Source: a virus
Taxonomy: Duplodnaviria; Caudoviricetes
Direction: 5' to 3' (one strand)
Virus record (IMG/VR): IMGVR_UViG_3300031999_000029
Span: 1-53,065 of that record
Length of the DNA: 53,065 nucleotides
Shown here: one piece after another, positions 8,590 to 17,382 of the stretch
Position numbering within the stretch: position 1 is the first letter of the stretch
How the letters are laid out: the number at the start of each line of letters is the position of its first letter
Notes under the pieces: generated by a model
Told to the model about the DNA's origin: nothing
Database searches by the model: none
What the model saw: only the letters and a program-made list of their open reading frames with translations
Translations under genes and position numbers: made by a program

Positions 8590-10344
8590 ATGAGTAGCGC
8601 AACGAGAGTAGAACCACGCGGCGTCAAGCGCATGCTGAGTGCTCTTGCCGACAAGCTCTACAAGAGCGGCGGCGCCAAGCAAACGGAGACGATTGCGAGC
8701 GCGATGCAGAAGATCGCGCGCCTCGGCATGAGCCCGAGGCAGCAAATGCTCAATCGTTTGTGGGCATGGTATCGCTGCGAGAACTACGCCACGCGGCGCG
8801 TGGATTGGAACGGGCACGAAGTCGTCGACGCGCTTTCTCAGGAGTCGATTTCGACCGCCGGCTTCATCCCTCCGGGGTTCTACGACGCCGGAGCCAACCT
8901 GCCGATCAAGTTCCGCAAGCCGACGGCGCCGTACGCGTTGGTCAAGGTGATCGTCGACCGCTTCACCGAGTTGCTTTTCAGCGAGCGCCATCACCCGTTC
9001 ATGCGAGTCGAGGGTGATTCCGATACGGAGAACTACGTCGGAGCGCTCATCGAGGCGTCGCGGCTGTGGCCGAACATGATTCAGGCGCGGCAGTACGGCG
9101 GCGCCATGGGCACGGTCGCCATCGGGTTCGAATTCGTCGAGGGTGTGCCCGAGGTCGAGGTGCACGATCCACGCTGGTGCATTCCGGACTTCAAGGATCG
9201 CACCAAGCTGATCCTGAATTCGATCGAGAAGCGGTATATGTACGTCGTCGAACAGCGCGACGAAGTCACTGGCGAGTACGAAGAGATCGCCATGTGGTAC
9301 CGGCGCGTGATCGACACGGAGCGCGACGTTCTCTTCAAGCCCGCCCCCGTGGGCGACGGCAACGAGCCGCAGTGGGAGGTCGACAAGGAGACCGTGCACG
9401 GGTTCGGATTCTGCCCCGTGGTGTGGATCCAAAATCTGCCGGTGCAGGACGACATCGACGGCGACTCGGACGTTCTCGGCATCTATGACACTGCCGAATC
9501 GATCGATTCGTTGCAGTCGCAGGCGAACCTCGGCACGATTAGCAACTGCGATCCGACGCTCGTGGTCGTGACCGAAGACGAAATGCCCGAGATCAAGAAG
9601 GGCAGCGACAACGCGATCAAGTTGTCGAAGGGTGACGCACACTACATGGAGTTGCAGGGCTCCGGCGCCAAGTCTGCGATCGAGTTGGCCGACAAGTTCC
9701 GAAGCCAAGCGCTCGAAGTGGCGCAATGCGTGCTCGAACATCCGGACATGAGCCAGCGCACCGCGACCGAGATCGAACGCGCGTACTCTTCCATGATCTC
9801 GAAGGCGGACGTTCTTCGAGAGCAATACGGCGAGAAGGGACTGAAGCCGCTCATCATGATGATGATCAAGGCTGTTCGCCTCTTGCAAGAGGGGAAGATC
9901 AACGCCGAAGAGGGAGTCATCGAGAAGTTCGAGATCCTGTTGCCGCCGAGAGTGGTCGACGACGAAAACGGCGAGACGAAAACGGAGCCGCAGAAGCTCG
10001 GGCCCGGCGGCGTCTTCAAGTTGCAATGGCCGAAATACTTCGAGCCGCTTCTCGCCGACGTCGAGCTGGCGACGCGGTCGGCGGTCGCCGCGAGCGCCGG
10101 CGGTCTCGTCGATTTGGAGCACGCGATCAAGTTCGTGGCCGAATACTTCAAGGTCGGCGACGTCGACGCTATGATCAAGCGCATCAAATCCGAGCAACAG
10201 AAGGCGAGCGGGGCGACGGCCGATCAGACGTTGCAGATGCTCGGCGGCGGTTCGATGCCTGGCAGACCGATGCCGGGCCGCCAGACGTTCGGCAGACCAA
10301 TGCCGGGACGCCCGATGTCGAGCCCGTACGATTCCGAAGAGTGA
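8590..10344 (+). CDS. Portal protein
   Basis: 584 aa after TerL; KVIVDRFTELLF and HGFGFCPVVWIQNLP...DGDSD motifs resemble SPP1-like portals. Confidence 0.88.
   Translation: MSSATRVEPRGVKRMLSALADKLYKSGGAKQTETIASAMQKIARLGMSPRQQMLNRLWAWYRCENYATRRVDWNGHEVVDALSQESISTAGFIPPGFYDAGANLPIKFRKPTAPYALVKVIVDRFTELLFSERHHPFMRVEGDSDTENYVGALIEASRLWPNMIQARQYGGAMGTVAIGFEFVEGVPEVEVHDPRWCIPDFKDRTKLILNSIEKRYMYVVEQRDEVTGEYEEIAMWYRRVIDTERDVLFKPAPVGDGNEPQWEVDKETVHGFGFCPVVWIQNLPVQDDIDGDSDVLGIYDTAESIDSLQSQANLGTISNCDPTLVVVTEDEMPEIKKGSDNAIKLSKGDAHYMELQGSGAKSAIELADKFRSQALEVAQCVLEHPDMSQRTATEIERAYSSMISKADVLREQYGEKGLKPLIMMMIKAVRLLQEGKINAEEGVIEKFEILLPPRVVDDENGETKTEPQKLGPGGVFKLQWPKYFEPLLADVELATRSAVAASAGGLVDLEHAIKFVAEYFKVGDVDAMIKRIKSEQQKASGATADQTLQMLGGGSMPGRPMPGRQTFGRPMPGRPMSSPYDSEE
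10255..10320 (+). repeat. 15-nt degenerate tandem repeat (MPGRP) in the portal C-terminus
   Basis: Encodes MPGRPMPGRQTFGRPMPGRPMS. Confidence 0.85.
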
Positions 10345-10373
10345 GAGAGTGGTCAAACTAACAGGAGGATGTC

Positions 10374-10763
10374 ATGAGTGAGGCACTGAAGACGATGGCG
10401 GACGTGGCGAAGAAAACCTATGGCGGCGTGGCGCAGAAGCTCTTGCAGTTGTTCGGCGGGCTTTTCATGGAGATGAAAGACGAAGACGGCGACGGCAAAG
10501 CCGTGTGGGTCGTCTCCATGACCCGCATGATCACGTGGATTGTGTTCGGTCACTGCATGTTCGTGTGGAGTCGCGCCGTCATGGCGGCGGCGCCGACGGC
10601 CGCAGACGTGGCGACCGCGACGAAGGCGATGCTCGACGTGGCACCGCAGGAATTCTACACGCTGTGCGCCTTGCTCGGCCTGTCCGGCTTGAAGATCGTC
10701 GGGTCGAAAGCCGCCGACGTGGTGGCGGCACTGAAAGACAACGCCGGCGGCGGTGCGGCGTGA
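10374..10763 (+). CDS. Membrane protein, putative holin
   Basis: AGGAGG RBS; two hydrophobic segments after an S.TR motif. Confidence 0.5.
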   Translation: MSEALKTMADVAKKTYGGVAQKLLQLFGGLFMEMKDEDGDGKAVWVVSMTRMITWIVFGHCMFVWSRAVMAAAPTAADVATATKAMLDVAPQEFYTLCALLGLSGLKIVGSKAADVVAALKDNAGGGAA

Positions 10764-11086
10764 CCTTTCTTTTGTGGCTCAAGGATCACTGGTACCTTCC
10801 GGTATTCGTGATCTTCATCGTTCTGGCGTGGGCTCTCGGCCGGCGCTCGGCGGGCAACCCGTTCGAGACCGTGCGCCGAGAGGTCGACGCCATCAACGCC
10901 GGCGCCGAGATTCGGAAATTGGAGGCGGAACGTGGAACCGCGCAAGCGAAAGCAGAAGTCGAATCCAAGTACAAGGCGCAGCTCGCCGCACTCAGCGAAG
11001 AGCAGAAGCAACAGGCGGTGGCTTTGGCTGCCAGCCCTGTTGATCTCGCAAAGTTCCTGGTCCGCGCTGGCGGCGGAAACGTCTGA
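10760..11086 (+). CDS. N-terminal TM plus coiled coil, i-spanin (Rz)-like
   Basis: GTG 10760 (GTGA overlap); WYLPVFVIFIVLAWALG followed by a helical region. Confidence 0.5.
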   Translation: MTFLLWLKDHWYLPVFVIFIVLAWALGRRSAGNPFETVRREVDAINAGAEIRKLEAERGTAQAKAEVESKYKAQLAALSEEQKQQAVALAASPVDLAKFLVRAGGGNV

Positions 11087-11474
11087 TCCGTCTGCGGCGG
11101 CGAAGCTGCCGGTGTGCGACGGAGCGTTGTGCAGCGCCCCCTTGGTGAAGGGCCAGGCGGCGCCGTTCGACGGCCAGATTTTGACGGTGCCGCTCGCCAT
11201 CAATCTCGGCCAGAGGGCGAACGCGTGCGCGACCGTGACTGGCATCGAGGTAACTCGTGCCGTGCAGCTCGCTAAGGCGGATCTTGACTGGGAGAAGAGG
11301 TTGCGCGGCATCGACAACGACGCGGCGAAGATGCGAGAGGCGGCGTACAAGAAAGCCGCTGAAGATGTGAAGCCGAAGTGGTACGAGTCGCCGATATTCG
11401 TTTCGTTGGCGTCCGTGACCGTGACCATCGCTCTCGTGGTGGCAACCGGGTACGCCGTGAAAACTGTGAGGTGA
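10932..11474 (+). CDS. Exported or membrane protein overlapping the Rz-like gene (start uncertain)
   Basis: Signal-like RRWLWLPALLISQSSWSALAA, coiled coil, KWYE and C-terminal TM. Confidence 0.5.
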   Translation: MEPRKRKQKSNPSTRRSSPHSAKSRSNRRWLWLPALLISQSSWSALAAETSDPSAAAKLPVCDGALCSAPLVKGQAAPFDGQILTVPLAINLGQRANACATVTGIEVTRAVQLAKADLDWEKRLRGIDNDAAKMREAAYKKAAEDVKPKWYESPIFVSLASVTVTIALVVATGYAVKTVR

Positions 11475-11478
11475 GGCA

Positions 11479-12057
11479 ATGGCACACGCGGAGACATCGG
11501 AAGAGAAAATTGCGCGGGTTTGTCACGAGGCGAATCGCGCCTACTGCTCGACGATCGGCGATCACTCGCACGCGACGTGGGACATGGCGCCACCGTGGCA
11601 GAAAGATAGCGCCGTCGCCGGGGTGAAGGCGGCGATCGCCGACCCGGCGCGCACGCCGGCCAAGTCTCACGAAGAGTGGGCCGAGCACAAGCGCAAGGCC
11701 GGGTGGAAGTACGGGCCCGAGAAGCGGCCCGAGGTGTTGGAACACCCGTGCCTGGTGCCGTACGAAGAGCTGTCGACTGAACAGCGGATCAAGGACGCGC
11801 TCTTTCTCGCTGTCGTTCGCACTCTGGCGCCGGCGGCGTCCACGGAGAAGCCCGCGACGGTTCTTTCCGAGTTGCCGCCGATGCCCAAGCGCGGCGACGA
11901 CACCCTCGAAGTCGGCATCCTCACGGCCGAGGGCGAAGTGGTGAAGGACGGCGAGATTTGCGTGGCCGTGAAGCAGGAGACGGCACCCGAGAAGGTTCTG
12001 GAAAACCTTCCGCCGACGGCGTTCGAAGTGAAGGCAAAGAAGAAACGCCGAGGGTAG
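11479..12057 (+). CDS. RyR-domain protein
   Basis: IARVCHEANRAYC...SHEEW...GWKYG...HPCLVPYEEL...KDALF matches the phage RyR-repeat family pattern. Confidence 0.82.
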   Translation: MAHAETSEEKIARVCHEANRAYCSTIGDHSHATWDMAPPWQKDSAVAGVKAAIADPARTPAKSHEEWAEHKRKAGWKYGPEKRPEVLEHPCLVPYEELSTEQRIKDALFLAVVRTLAPAASTEKPATVLSELPPMPKRGDDTLEVGILTAEGEVVKDGEICVAVKQETAPEKVLENLPPTAFEVKAKKKRRG

Positions 12058-12059
12058 CA

Positions 12060-12530
12060 ATGCACATCGCCATCGACCTCGACGGCACCGTGGTGAGCAG
12101 TGCCCACGCGTACGACGATCTCGACACGCCGTTGCGTTTGTTGCCTGGTGCCAAAGAGGGCTTGCGTGCGTTGAAGCGTGCCGGGCACCGCCTGATCCTG
12201 TACTCTGCCCGAGCCAATCGATCGCTTTGGGAGGATCCGAATCTCGACCCGCTCGTGCGCGTCGGCGTCGTCCGAATCAATCGATCGGCGTGGGAGAAGT
12301 CGAAAGAGCTGCACCTCGCCCGCTATCGGCAAATGATAGACTTCGCAAACGCCGAGCTTCCTGGTATCTTCGACGCCGTTGACGACGGGAAGCAGGGCAA
12401 GCCCATGGCGGATCTGTTTCTCGACGATCTCGCAATCCGCGTCGGCCACGGTGCCGCCGCTTTGACTTGGCCGCAGGTGGCGGCGATTTACGGAGAGCCC
12501 GACTATGCCAATCGACCCGAAACAGCTTGA
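12060..12530 (+). CDS. HAD-superfamily phosphatase
   Basis: Motif I DLDGT, motif II YSAR, motifs III/IV GKP.ADLFLDD. Confidence 0.85.
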   Translation: MHIAIDLDGTVVSSAHAYDDLDTPLRLLPGAKEGLRALKRAGHRLILYSARANRSLWEDPNLDPLVRVGVVRINRSAWEKSKELHLARYRQMIDFANAELPGIFDAVDDGKQGKPMADLFLDDLAIRVGHGAAALTWPQVAAIYGEPDYANRPETA

Positions 12531-12690
12531 GGCGTTCTCGGCGGTCGAGAAGCCGGTGGCGACGCAACAGTTGACGAAGGCGCGGCGCACGAAGCCGACG
12601 GCGATCGGCACGCTGCGCACCGGACGCGGTATTCGCATCGGGTCCGGCCGCTTCGCCGACATGCGCGACGATCTAGACAAAGCGGAGTAA
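12505..12690 (+). CDS. Small basic hypothetical protein
   Basis: GGAG RBS, 61 aa. Confidence 0.55.
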   Translation: MPIDPKQLEAFSAVEKPVATQQLTKARRTKPTAIGTLRTGRGIRIGSGRFADMRDDLDKAE

Positions 12691-12693
12691 CCC

Positions 12694-14142
12694 GTGGCCC
12701 GCGAAGACCTGATCCCCGTGAAGCGCGCCGTGACCCGAATGGGCACGTCGTACGAGCAGACCTATTGGGTGCGCGCTCGGGAGCTGCGCGAGACGTTCGA
12801 GAAGAGCGGCGCGACGGCGGCGTTGAATCGAGCATTGGGGTCCACAACGGGGGAAGGATCGGAGCAGTGGTCGACCCGTTATCGTCAACGGCTACTAGAC
12901 AAATTGGTAGAGGCGGGGTTTTCTGCTGAAGTGGTCGCTACGTGGCCGCAAAGCCGCCGAGAGCAAACACTGACTCCAACGGAGTTGGCTTCGACGAAAG
13001 ACGCTTTGAGCAAGGAAATGTTGTCCGAGGCGTCTTCAGGAACGAAAACCGCCAAGACTATGCTCGACGATTGGGTTTCGTCTCCCGGCGAAGAGCGGAC
13101 GGCGAAGCTCCGCTCTCTCGCCACGACGATCGCATTCGAGGATCTCGACGGTGAAGAGTGGGACAAAGCCGTGCAGCAAGAGCGCGATCTCTTGGCCGAG
13201 AACGCGACGCACCACTACGACAAGCACTATATGTCTTCGTCGATTGCGGAGTATCGAGGCCAGTTCAAGCGCGAGGCGTACGCCGACATGCGCGACGAGG
13301 TGATGAAAACTCTCGCCGACGAATCGGTGAGTGAAGACGAAGACGTGGCAGAGAACGCCAAGGAGATTTTCGAGCTTCGTCGAAGCACGAGTCCCGAGCT
13401 GCGCAAGCAAGCCAACGACATGATCAACGAGCGCGTCTCGTACGAGCTGGAGACGCAAGGGAAGACCGAAGATGCGAAGTTGAAGGCGGACGAAGCCGCC
13501 GAAGCCGACCGCGACGAGTACGTGAAGCGCGTCGACAACGAATTCATGCGCTACACGGACGAGGACATTGAAGCCGTGTACGCTCTCGCGGCGGTGTCGC
13601 AGTCTCTCTACGACGAAGACACGGTCACGCTCTATCGCGGCATCAAAGGCGAGTACGCGAAAGACATTCGAGAGGCGGCGATCGACGCCGTAGCCAAGAG
13701 CGGCGCTCTAGATCAAGCGGAGCTGTTCCCCAAAGACACCCCTCTTCCGGTTGCCTACGAGGAGAATTTGGTCAAAGTCGAAACAGGAGTGATGTGCTCG
13801 TTTTCTGAAGACGTGAACAAGGCCAGGGGATTTACGGGCGACGACGGCGTTGTGATGAAAATGACGGTGCCGAAGTCGTCGATCTTGGCGTCGTATCGTC
13901 TTGGGTCGGAGGTCATGCACCAAGGCGAGAAAGAGGTCATTGTGCTGACGAAGGGGGAGTTTCAGATCAACCCTAATGACATCGAAGATGCCAAGGCGAA
14001 AGACTCTGCCTCTCCATTTCAACCCATGTTCGAAGAGGGGCATTGGCGGCAAATCGCTCGTGGTCGTGGACAAGATTTGTCCGGCCCGTTGCCGCCGCGA
14101 GAGGAAGAGTACCAAGAATCAGAGGGCGAGTGGGCCCCGTAA
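12694..14142 (+). CDS. ADP-ribosyltransferase (R-S-E clade) with N-terminal tag and acidic helical middle
   Basis: C-terminal VTLYRG, CSFSED..KA..F and QGEKEVIV give R, SxS and ExE in the expected order. Confidence 0.75.
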   Translation: MAREDLIPVKRAVTRMGTSYEQTYWVRARELRETFEKSGATAALNRALGSTTGEGSEQWSTRYRQRLLDKLVEAGFSAEVVATWPQSRREQTLTPTELASTKDALSKEMLSEASSGTKTAKTMLDDWVSSPGEERTAKLRSLATTIAFEDLDGEEWDKAVQQERDLLAENATHHYDKHYMSSSIAEYRGQFKREAYADMRDEVMKTLADESVSEDEDVAENAKEIFELRRSTSPELRKQANDMINERVSYELETQGKTEDAKLKADEAAEADRDEYVKRVDNEFMRYTDEDIEAVYALAAVSQSLYDEDTVTLYRGIKGEYAKDIREAAIDAVAKSGALDQAELFPKDTPLPVAYEENLVKVETGVMCSFSEDVNKARGFTGDDGVVMKMTVPKSSILASYRLGSEVMHQGEKEVIVLTKGEFQINPNDIEDAKAKDSASPFQPMFEEGHWRQIARGRGQDLSGPLPPREEEYQESEGEWAP

Positions 14143-14157
14143 GCGAGGGAGAATACA

Positions 14158-14571
14158 ATGGCAGACGAAGCAATCAAGAAACCGGAAACCATTCACATCA
14201 AAAAGTTCGCCGACGGCAAAGAGACGCCGCTGGAGACTCACCAGAAGCTCGCTTGGAACAGTGCGCGCTGTCCGTGCGGTGCGCCGGCCGTCGTGCGCGC
14301 GATCTCGTTCGCTCCGTTCAAAGAGCTGAACGATCAGTGCCCCGAGCTTCTCGTGAAGATGGCGCACTCGAACGGCGGGCAGATCCCGATGGTCGAATTC
14401 AAGTACGGGAAGTTCGTTCGCATCGGCACCGCGTTCGCGTGCGCGCGGTGCAAGAAAGACCTGGCGAAAGCCATGAGCAAGAAGCCGTCGTGGGTGTTGT
14501 GTGAATTCGATTACGGGCCGAAGCCGATCAACGAACAGGTTTTGGTTCCGGGGGCGTTGGTGAAACCGTGA
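14158..14571 (+). CDS. Putative Zn-binding hypothetical protein
   Basis: GAGGGAG RBS; CxC and CxxC. Confidence 0.7.
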   Translation: MADEAIKKPETIHIKKFADGKETPLETHQKLAWNSARCPCGAPAVVRAISFAPFKELNDQCPELLVKMAHSNGGQIPMVEFKYGKFVRIGTAFACARCKKDLAKAMSKKPSWVLCEFDYGPKPINEQVLVPGALVKP

Positions 14572-14948
14572 GTGAGAACCTTGCGAAGTGGGTCAAGCTG
14601 AAGACGCAAAAGCCCGACGAGAACGAAGAGAAGCCGCTGCATCCGGATGAGAGCAAGGCTCTCAAGAAGTTGCAGCGCGAAGCCAAGGCTGCCGGCGCGA
14701 CGCTGGCCACCGGTGGCAAGGGCGGATTGAGCCCGTCTCTCGTTCTCGGGGTCATGCGCCGCGACGAATTCAAGTGCAAAAAGTGCGGCAAGCAAGAAAT
14801 GCTGAGTGTGCACCACAAGGGTCACCTCGAAAACCCCGCGTCGAAGTGGCTCGCCAAGAAGGGCAAGAGCAACGACCCGAACGCAATCGCCACCATTTGC
14901 GCGTCTTGCCACGACGACATTCACGAGGAAGACCGCGAGAAGGGCTAG
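14568..14948 (+). CDS. HNH endonuclease
   Basis: RRDEFKCKKCG...LSVHH...NDPNAIATICASCHDDIH. Confidence 0.85.
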   Translation: MSENLAKWVKLKTQKPDENEEKPLHPDESKALKKLQREAKAAGATLATGGKGGLSPSLVLGVMRRDEFKCKKCGKQEMLSVHHKGHLENPASKWLAKKGKSNDPNAIATICASCHDDIHEEDREKG

Positions 14949-14951
14949 TGT

Positions 14952-16130
14952 GTGAGGGTCTCGCCGCAAAAGCTGTCCGCTCTCGTGCAAGTCGAGAAGG
15001 AAGTCACGCGCGGCGGACGCACGCATACGCAACACTATTGGGTGCGGGGGGATAGAGATGAGGCGGAACTTGGTAAGGCGGGGGTGCCGCGTTTAGACGT
15101 TGGACCGAAAGCGACGGGACACCCCAAAGCGCCTAAATTTGAGGTGGATTCCTCCGTTCGATTCGGGATTCAAGAGAAACTGAAGGCAGCGAAAGAGGAA
15201 GTGCAAAAAGCCGAGCGATGGGTTCGAACAGATCATCCTGAATTCACGTCTCTGTCGGATATTTCCCGTCGTGCGACTATTCCTTTTGAGGCGCAGCCCG
15301 CAATTAACGCAAGCACGATGGCCGTGACTGCGGGGGCAAGGGTTTTGTCTCACGAATTGCGGACGACGTTTCACGGAGACGGCAACGGGTTGGAGACGTA
15401 CGAGGCCCGAGACAAACTAGAAAACGAAGGCTGGCTCGGTTCGTGTTCTTCTACGGGCGACGTGAAGTTGCGCACGGATCAGCACTTGGCGATTTGGCGG
15501 GCGATCGATCGTGGCAAAGTGGAGTTCGAATCCGAGTACGAAGCATTCCACACACTGACGCACGAGCTGTTTCACAGCGTGAACTATGCGCAGTCCGAAT
15601 CGAAATCCGAAACGCTTCATCCGAAATCCGCGATTGAGGAAGCCATCACCGAGATCGATGCCCGTCAGTACACGGAATCAATCATCAAAGCATACGGCTT
15701 GAAGCTGAATCCGGAGCTGCATCGAGACGCCCCGCTTTATACGGATTCGTCCGTTTACAACATGACTGTTACGCGTTCGGTGGCATACACGAGTTTCGTG
15801 CAGAATTTCGGGCGCACCGTGTCGGCAATCGAATTTGGATCGCCAGGTCAGATAGGGACCGAACAGATCAAGGGAGAAGACGCACACGAATGGGCGACGG
15901 GGTGGGCGGCAAAACTCAAGAGTGTGGGAGCCGATGAACGATACGAGACTTTGGCCGAGCGGGCTTTCGAGACATTTCGCGTGCCGGAGACGGCGCCTGA
16001 TTACGAGAATCAAAAACGACAGCTCGCCAACGACATGAAATTTTGGCTTGAAGGGAAAGGCCCGGAGACTATTTCTGGAATGAGGCGCGTGATTCAAGAG
16101 CGCGCAACGCGGGCGAAGGAGTTTGTGTGA
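14952..16130 (+). CDS. Zincin-like metallopeptidase domain protein with N-terminal tag
   Basis: TLTHELFHS (HExxH) plus downstream IEEAITE as likely third ligand. Confidence 0.65.
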   Translation: MRVSPQKLSALVQVEKEVTRGGRTHTQHYWVRGDRDEAELGKAGVPRLDVGPKATGHPKAPKFEVDSSVRFGIQEKLKAAKEEVQKAERWVRTDHPEFTSLSDISRRATIPFEAQPAINASTMAVTAGARVLSHELRTTFHGDGNGLETYEARDKLENEGWLGSCSSTGDVKLRTDQHLAIWRAIDRGKVEFESEYEAFHTLTHELFHSVNYAQSESKSETLHPKSAIEEAITEIDARQYTESIIKAYGLKLNPELHRDAPLYTDSSVYNMTVTRSVAYTSFVQNFGRTVSAIEFGSPGQIGTEQIKGEDAHEWATGWAAKLKSVGADERYETLAERAFETFRVPETAPDYENQKRQLANDMKFWLEGKGPETISGMRRVIQERATRAKEFV

Positions 16131-16378
16131 TGGATCCCATCATCCAAGCCTTGATCGAAGCCGAGCGCGTCATCCTCGACACCAGAGCGACGCACGGAGA
16201 GATCCAAGCCGCGATCTCCAAAGTCGACGCCTTGAACAATGCGACGGCGTCGGCCGCGATCCGCCTCACGGCCGGCGAGTGGCATTCTCCGGAACACATG
16301 AACGGCAGCGGAACGCCGCAACCCGAGCCGAGCCCGAAGGCGAAAAGGCTCTCGACTTTCTTGGACCGAAACAGGTAA
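16127..16378 (+). CDS. Hypothetical protein
   Basis: AAGGAG RBS, GTGA overlap. Confidence 0.55.
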   Translation: MMDPIIQALIEAERVILDTRATHGEIQAAISKVDALNNATASAAIRLTAGEWHSPEHMNGSGTPQPEPSPKAKRLSTFLDRNR

Positions 16379-16387
16379 GGATCTAGT

Positions 16388-17380
16388 ATGTCGGACACCT
16401 GGCAAGAAGAGCTGCATCCTCGAAGCGAAGCCGGCAAGTTCGCGGCGAAAGCAGAAGCCGCGCAAAATGCCGCGGAAGAGTCGATTGCAAAAGAGTCGGA
16501 GGCGCTGTCAAAGCTGTACCGCGCGAAGTCCGGCCCGAAAATTCCGAACGCTACGCCTGGTGTCTCGGAAGCAGATCGCACGAAAGCTATCGCCAAGGGA
16601 AAGGCGATTAGCTCCCTCTGCGGTGACAAGATAAAGGATCAGACGATTCGTGACTTGCTCGACGAAGGACGTTGGGATCTTGAGGCTTCCGAGAGGAAAA
16701 CGATGTACCGGTCGCCCGGTGAAATTTTCGAAGTGACGATTACACCGCGCGCGACAGAAACCGTCAAAGAAACAAGATCCCAATGGAGTGACAATCCGAT
16801 TTACTACGACGAGAGCCTTTCCGAGATCGGCGAAGACGGCTATCCGAAACTCCGCTCGGATTCTGGGTATTCGGAGAGTATCCCCGAGGAAGCCGGCGAG
16901 CCTGGTTTCATCTATCGCGGTGTTGGCCATGCCGAGTATCAAAGCATCGTCGAGTCGGGGAAGGTGCAATCTCGCGGCGCGTACAACATCGGTGATCGGC
17001 AAGTTGGGTTGACGTATTTTGCCGACCGCGGCGGAACGGCAGCAAGCTATGCCGGCGGGTTTCAGCCTTATCACAAGTTGCCGACGTTCGAAGAGCCGTC
17101 GTATATTGTGAAGATCGCGCGACCGCCGGATGAATTGATCGACAAGACCGCTGCGCCCGAGGGGGAGGTTGGTGTTCGCGGTGCGGTTCCCACAACCGAA
17201 ATTGTTGCGGTGTACGAGGTTCGCCCCTACATGATGAAGAGTGGTTCTGTCGAGTTGATGCGCGGCTACTCGAAAGGCGAGACGGTGTATGGTGAGGGAA
17301 GCCGCGCGTCGCCGAGCGTGCATGTAGCCTACAAAAAGGTCTACGATTCGCGCGAGAGCGGCGCTACTACGAAAGAGTAG
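16388..17380 (+). CDS. Putative ADP-ribosyltransferase-fold protein with WxEELHPR...GKF tag
   Basis: FIYRG...SIVESG...TYFAD...AASYA...YIVKI...EVGVRGAVP pattern. Confidence 0.6.
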   Translation: MSDTWQEELHPRSEAGKFAAKAEAAQNAAEESIAKESEALSKLYRAKSGPKIPNATPGVSEADRTKAIAKGKAISSLCGDKIKDQTIRDLLDEGRWDLEASERKTMYRSPGEIFEVTITPRATETVKETRSQWSDNPIYYDESLSEIGEDGYPKLRSDSGYSESIPEEAGEPGFIYRGVGHAEYQSIVESGKVQSRGAYNIGDRQVGLTYFADRGGTAASYAGGFQPYHKLPTFEEPSYIVKIARPPDELIDKTAAPEGEVGVRGAVPTTEIVAVYEVRPYMMKSGSVELMRGYSKGETVYGEGSRASPSVHVAYKKVYDSRESGATTKE

Positions 17381-17382
17381 TC

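Noticed and set aside
8497-10356. Long minus-strand ORFs (619 aa here; also 25181-26302, 19485-20663, 45374-46489, 49879-51006)
   Set aside because: Antisense shadows of high-GC3 plus-strand genes, with no motifs or RBS
16127-16378. Immunity protein for the upstream peptidase
   Set aside because: Only position supports it; no family features, and the other effectors lack equivalent partners
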